Part shown: positions 54,534-64,000 of the stretch, in pieces
How the letters are laid out: each line of letters begins with the position of its first letter
Numbering within the stretch: position 1 is the first letter of the stretch
From: Bugula neritina
Taxonomy: Eukaryota > Animalia > Bryozoa
Direction: 5' to 3'
NCBI GenBank assembly: GCA_964035545.1
Contig: OZ037772.1
Location: 11,592,818-11,656,817 of the forward strand
Length of the DNA stretch: 64,000 nt
The notes under the pieces: generated by a model
Told to the model about the DNA's origin: nothing
Seen by the model: the letters and a program-made list of their open reading frames with translations, nothing else
The model's database searches: none
Made by a program: the position numbers and the translations under genes

Positions 54534-57500
54534 TTAAATTTCCTGCAATCTAAATTTTCTGATTTTACCGATGTGATAAGGGTAGCTGTCTTGCAGGTCT
54601 TGAAAAGCTTGACTCAGAATGACGGCTTGATAATGTGGTTCCGTTCTACTTGTTAGCGGAACATCAATCTTGCTGACGTACATTCCAACTGGCTGTAGTC
54701 TCTCCTCACCTGATCTTGTTTTAACCTGCATATGAACGATCCTCCCACAGTCCCCATCTTCTAGTGAGCTGGAGAGAATAAAATTTCACATTGGATTAAG
54801 TCTAGAACAACAACTGGTAAAAACTTACTTATCAACAAACTGGATGCATATGGAAACTTTCTTCATAAGGAACAGGAAACCATTGTTGCAGAAAAAAATT
54901 ATATTTGTGGTTTTAATTTTTAAAATTTGCATCCATAAATTTATTTACAAAACAGCACAATGCATTTATTTTTACTTATCTAGTAACAATTATTATAGCT
55001 AGAAAGTAAATCTTATTATAAGCCATAACAAAACTGCTCACTCTTTCACTCCATTTGTCTCTGAAGTAATGATGAAGCTAAGGTGCTTTCCATCTTTCAC
55101 TCCTTCTCTTCCAGATGGCCTTCGAACCACTTTCAGCATGCCTTTCAAGCTTTTATATTTGTTTTGGATTACCACCCCATGGTCTATTGCGTTTCTATAA
55201 AGCTTTTCTAGGTCATCTAAAGACTCGATCTTGTAAATATTTTCGCCAGCACTGTCTTGTACGGTCATCAACAGACGCTGAAGACGTTCTGCATCATCAT
55301 ACTCAATCGGTAGCAAAGCCATGTCATTCAGGAACATGTGGTGACACGTACCCTTTCGAAGTTGAGGACATAACCCTGCTGGGCATCTGATGTCCTCTGA
55401 TTGGGGTTGGACATATCTTTGCCTGCAACCAAGCAACAATGGCCACTTTGCATCTGCGGAAACACTTGTTTTCAGCTCCCTTTGCACGTCTATTCGTACG
55501 CTGTCATTAGCTTCTTCTGAAACTTTGAGAAAATATTCAGTGTTGATGCTGTTGGCCATGATCTCCTTGCGAATGCTTGATATTTTAGCTTCAGACCCAA
55601 CTATATTTCCTTCATCTTCATTCTGCTCATCACTGCTTATACCATGATGGTCACACTGGATGTTAGAAACTTGGACTGGATAATTTCTCTCTTCTGGCTC
55701 AATGTTGTTGTTGTTGTCAGTCTCTTTAGCTCTTTTAAATTGCTGTGGTGAGAGGATCAAATGAGCTGGTACCACTGCGAAAACAATGCCATGTTGGTGA
55801 GGGTTCTCTCGATTTCTTACAACTCTTGATGAAACAAAAAGCTCACAAGTTGCTTGTTTTTTTACTTCCCATTCATATGGCTGTTGTTTTGGCACTTTGA
55901 CATAGATGTTGAGACTTTGATTCACCTGTTTTATAGCCCCATCTGTATCCTGAGCACAAAAATTAAAGTGGGAAAACTCAGGATGGGTCTTCTCTAGCTC
56001 TGTTTTCAGCTGGTTTAGCTTAAGTTGGACATCGCTAGCACTAGGTCCTAAAACTAGGATATCTCTCCAATTATCAGATGCTTGGGTTATGACGGTTGAA
56101 GGGTCCAAATCCAGGCAGACACTGTAAAGAAACATGCACAGAAAGAGAATAATGGCTCATATTATTATTATTTGATCACATTATTTTTGTTTTTTTAGTC
56201 TAATTTTTACCAATAACTAAAGAAAATTAAATTTACACAGTTTCTAACATATAATATATTTGCAAGTTATTTCATTTCACTTGCCAACCTGGTTACAGTT
56301 TCGAATATTCTACAGGGTAAATTTGACTTAGACGGAAGTGATAATAATTTTCTATCATGCATAACCATTTTGAAATTATTATTGCTAATATTATATAATA
56401 TTTTTTCATTTGTTATTGCAAATAAACATCAGTTCTATCTACAAAAGTGGCGAAATGTTAAATTTAGTTCTCTAAGCTGCATAGAAAAAATATTGTTTTA
56501 ACAATTCACTATAGAGTACCAAAAGCTGAATTTGGCAAAATATTGATTGAAATATGGTATGGTCTTTGTGGCTTTTTTATTGTAAAAAGCTCCTCAATGA
56601 ATAAATTAAAACCTCAAGAACTACACCAAATAACCTGAAACATCTGGATATCTCAACATTTTAATTTTACATAAAACTAGAAAGTTTGCCTTAATTATTA
56701 AATTTTGTTCAATGTTATTATATTAACAATTAAAACTTTTTATTGCCCTTGTTAGGCAATTATTAAACGGTTTACAAGTTTCCAGTAAAACCTATATTTT
56801 TTTCATAATTAATTGAGAACCAGCCATTAGTCAAAATTAGTTTTCATAGTTTTATAGAGAGAATGTTTTATTTTGGTATTTAACTACGTTCTGCACATTT
56901 TGTTGGCTTAAAGGCCATTAGTTTAAAAACTCCTTATAATTGTAGCGGCTAGATTATACATTTACAGCATAAAACACATGCAATGTATTCAGTATGGGCT
57001 TTTAGGAGTTGCTTTTTCTATACTGATCATATTTTACCAAAGTTTTGGATAGCAACAAGTTTTTATTTCAATCACAAGGATGTTATGAATATAAATCTCA
57101 ATCACACGAATTGCTGCAAGGCATACAAACATGCATGCAAACATTCACGTATGCAATTTCAGATAAGTAAAACAGTAAAATAATTACGCTACCTATCAAT
57201 TTTATCAAGCAGCACTTGAGGGGGTACTTTGCACTCATTTAAAGAGTTATCATTTTCTAGGAAAAGCCGATGATCTTCTAATTCACTGTCCTGATCGCTG
57301 CTATCACTGTAGTAAGGAATAAAATGCTTCTCTTTTTCTTTAAATTCTTTTTGGTGCTCTTTTTCTTCTTCTATTCACAAAATATAAAATACAAATTGCA
57401 GAAAATTTGTCAGCAAAAGCTTATAATGCAATCTAGTTACTTATCCTATAGCATATTATATAAAATAAAATTCAAGGCAGCATTAAATATTAGCTTTAAA

Positions 57501-58516
57501 AATATCACTGCTATAGATACAGCAAATGCTAATTTAAAGGTAAAGGTAAAGTGCACAAAATCCATAAACAACTTTAAATAGCAAATCTTACCCAGTAGCT
57601 GAATGGCAAAGTTGTTGTAACAATATAATGTGTGGATATAACTGATTATTTTAGTAATTGCAGCAGTCACAACTCACAAGGGATAGGCTAAAGAGATACT
57701 GTATGTATTGTTTTGATAGGATTAAATTAGAATGGACAAAGAGTATAGAATAATAATAATATAATAAAGTTTCATAGGCCACCACACATCAGTGAGTTTC
57801 TAGGGCTTGCATTCTGACTAGTAAAATATCTAGCAATCTGTTATAACTTGCTAAAACTAATTTCAATTTTTTGGGCAAACAAACTAATAATAGTGATCAG
57901 GGTGCAATAGTCAAGCGGCCCATTGTGCCCAGTGTGCCCAAGTTGAAAATAAATGTGGCTCAAGAAAAATTTATTTTAGAATTTGCTATTATAACAGTTA
58001 ATCAATGTAGAGACAAGCAATGGCAACAATATCAGTAAACTTTAGGCTTGTTACCATCGAGTGTAAAAAGTTATATATAGCTTTAATGACATTGTGAAAA
58101 ATTTACAAAAAGTAGGTAAAACAGTTTTTTACTCGCCGCAAGTGTTGAAACTACAATGGCTGAATAATTATATCCTTAAACCTTTTTATTGCAAAAATTG
58201 CAACTCTATAAAGTCAATAAGTTCTCTCACAATTTGACCAGCTTTTTGTACCCCTACTATAAATGATCTTCTGTATCTACACAAATCAAGAAGGCCGGGT
58301 TTAAAATACTAGAACAGTCTAGTGAAATGATGAAATTCTAATTTCACTGAAATATTTAGATTTTTATAGAGCCATTTTAGCTAAATAACAACTCATATAT
58401 TTCATACCTTTCACTTTTCTGCTTCTTTCTAAACTGTCGGCTTTTGGTTTCTCATCTGTTTTTGGAGTATTTATGTATTTACTGTACTGCAGCACTTTGT
58501 AACTTATAAGTGACAT
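54534..58516 (-). CDS. Uncharacterised trypsin-fold (PA clan) protease-like protein, ~530 aa, with an apparent His-Asp-Cys triad (GDCG)
   Basis: Exons 58516(start uncertain)-58408, 57370-57193, 56121-55042 and 54768-54534 join in frame through canonical GT-AG sites. Motifs FAVVPAHLIL, FLNDMALLPI and SLEDGDCGRIV...PVGMYVS...YQAVILSQAFQDL; charged N-terminal region. Confidence 0.7.
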
Positions 58517-60863
58517 GCAGCGCGCAATGGAGAAAAAAAATATGATTATATCTAACATTAGCATATTTCTCCCTCATTTGTTTAGTATGCAATGGATTGA
58601 CAACAAGAATTACAGTTAATAATAAGGTGTATGGTAGTAATGCCATTTTATGATTGGATAGTTCACCTCACTGGATGAGTGGTAGCAAGTGGTGGATTCA
58701 GAATGGTTAACACCAATTTTCATACTTTTAGGCAAGAAAACCTCCTTATTCAATCAAAAGTGAACCCATACATGTTTTTAGTTTGAACTAAATTTTTTTC
58801 TATTTAGGTTCATGAATAATATTTAACAATATTTCTAAATGTATAAATAATTATTAGTTCAAAAACAATCAGAAATAATTCCAACCCTTTAGACTGTATA
58901 CTTAAAGTCAGGTCAATTATCTTAGTCGTATCACGCATGCAAAGATTAGTTACACTCCTTATACAGGTTGACAAAAAGTAAACCATTCTTTCATGGAGTT
59001 TTTTTCATCATGATGCATGCTCTCATTAGAAATGAATTCAAACTAGTTCAGGTCAAAAGGTCAAAAGAAATTTTTGATCAATTTTATTTAAACTGTTGAA
59101 AACTCAAATAAAGAACAGGGCTACCTGAAACAGTTAACTAACATTTTATTGTTGTGCATTACAACTACAAGGCATTTTTACAGTACGATCTGGTAGGTTT
59201 ATGAAAATAAAAAGTTGAAATCAGAAATATAAACAGATAGCTTATTATAGTCAGAGGAGAAAGATAACAGCTGAAAAGCATGTAGTACATTGAAATCTCA
59301 AAGAGCTTATTGAATAAACCATGCATTGGAAAAACCTTTTTGACAGAAAATATTGGTGTTTAGCCTGAGAAATTCTATTAATAGTGTTATTAAAACAATA
59401 GAAAGAAATAATATGCTCAAGATATTAATTTTTTGCCAAGGCCAGAACCAAAATTAATGAAACCAATGTTTGTGCTATCTGTACAATCTTGTTTTTTAAC
59501 AAAATCTAAAATTTTGTTTAAATTAAGCATAAAAATCTAGAATTTGTTGAAAAAATGGTTGTAAAAATTTTTCTGAGCTGTATGTCTATACAATATAAAC
59601 CATATTTTCACTTCTAGTGATGGCTTCTTGTTTATTGACGAACCAAAAGGTAAATTTTTCAACAATAAAACTCTTTTTACAGCAAACATGTGCTCCTAGT
59701 TCTCAATAAATATCACCAAAGGCTGGAAATATTTTGGCTTTTGTGCTGCTTCTCATTTTACAGCTTTTTATACAGCTATTAAAATTTCATTATATATATT
59801 TTTGTAAGATTAATTATGGCTCAATCTAGATATGGACACTGCTCACCCTTGCAATAATAAACATGCATACCTTAACACATTTAAAGGTATTACTCACTTT
59901 ACAAAGCTACACAAATTACTATTCAGCTAAATCAACTTTACAAACAAGCAAAAAGCTGTAATTAAAAGCTAAACAAGTTATTGAAAACTAAGTTTTCTAT
60001 AAAAGCTTTGATGGTTACAAGAAGCACTGAAGATTCCAGAGCAAGCATTTATTGCACTGACTTCTTAGACAATCAAATTGAAAAGAACAAACAAAGTAAA
60101 TTACACACAGTTGTGTTAATGATGTTTTATTCAAGAAACTAATTCAGGATAAAATCATATATTATAACAGTCTTCATTAACTGAATATATATAATATAAT
60201 ATTATAATACAACAGCCTAACAACAGTAATATAATACAAATCACTGAACTGAAACTATAAGGTTATAGTTCAATGATACAAATAAAGCACCTAGAAGCTT
60301 TGACATTCTATAACCTAACATTCTACCTTTGTTAACACAAGGTAGGAATACTATTGGGGGAAACAACTCCTAGAAACAGCTAAACAACAGTGAAGTACAC
60401 ATAACTTTATGCATGCAGATGTTGGGGACAGAGTGCAGTAAAACAGGTTTAGTCGGTGGAGACTGTCTAGAAGAATAAGTTAGGTCCTGAGGCTACACCA
60501 AGTTACACACATCTTACAATTAGTATCAGTGAGAAATAGGAACAGAACTAATCTTGAGTTGTTGAACTAAATTATGAGTAAGGAAATTAGACAGATTAGT
60601 GTAGCTGAATACAATCATGCTTATTAAAGTTTCTAGGGGAGCCCCTCAACAAGCCACCTCACAACTGAAGTGCAACAGGCTAAGGTTACAGAAATATCAT
60701 TGGCTGTTGGACAGAAAAAGTGTAGGCTAAGATCCTGATATGATATAGTGTTTAGGAAGCTACAATATTGGTCATGTGACTAGTCTGCCAGCCAATTAGT
60801 TTCACTATTTCTCTGTGTTATCCAGTAATATTCTAACAATGTCAAGGTGAAAGGTTGCCGTGG

Positions 60864-63519
<2,656 letters not shown>

Positions 63520-63824
63520 CTGTGGAAAGACATCAAGGTGGGTACTTACTTTAATATATATGAAGTAACTAGAGTACATATGAAGTAAGTAGAGTATATT
63601 TGAAGCAAGCAGAGTACAATTGAAATAAGTAGATATGAGGTAAATAAAACGGAAAGTACTGTAACTAAGACAACCATTAACTAGAGTAAAACATGTTTTT
63701 ATAATACATTCAACAGCAGGGCAACAAGCTCAGTGAAGCTGTAATCAACTCTCATTGTAAGAGTGGATGACTATGCTAAAAGAGTGAAGGATTATGCTAA
63801 AAGTTTCCGACTCAATTACCCTCA

Positions 63825-63845
63825 GCCGCCTGTTGGACAGCCCTG
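63825..63845. mobile_element. 3' terminal fragment of the same hAT MITE family as 5759-6097
   Basis: GCCGCCTGTTGGACAGCCCTG is identical to 6077-6097; no matching 5' end or TSD found. Confidence 0.55.
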
Positions 63846-64000
63846 TTCTAGAATCATTAATTTTCAATTATCTTTTGCTACAAAGCGCTTACTGTACTTG
63901 CCATTAGAAAGCTTGAAACTGTTGAATTCTGAACAATGCAAAGTATTTTTGTATATACTGTAAAAATATGCAAAATACTATACTAGAGCAAACAGTTTTT

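Overview
AT-rich, intron-containing invertebrate animal DNA with GT-AG introns and many micro/minisatellites. From 5' to 3' it holds: the 3' part of a Ty3/Gypsy LTR retrotransposon (pol with a nonsense mutation, an extra zinc-finger/coiled-coil ORF, PPT and 272-bp 3' LTR); a hAT MITE; NTase-TPR gene 1 (+); a hAT-type foldback element; XPA; a ~3 kb 23/46/69-bp satellite; two tandem four-and-a-half-LIM (FHL/limpet-like) genes; NTase-TPR gene 2 (-) with an intronic Harbinger-type MITE; profilin; an uncharacterised trypsin-fold protease-like gene with GDCG in place of GDSG; and the 3' part of SURF4. The most interesting items are: (1) the two paralogous Pol-beta-family (DUF294/GlnD-like) nucleotidyltransferase + 44-aa TPR-array proteins, almost wholly encoded by one giant exon, one with DNA-level homogenised but surface-variable repeats, which makes them candidate innate-immune sensor enzymes; (2) the spliced cellular PA-clan protease with an apparent His-Asp-Cys triad; (3) the Gypsy ORF3. 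Gene models were assembled by hand from splice signals and reading frame, and domain calls rest on motif recognition, not database searches.
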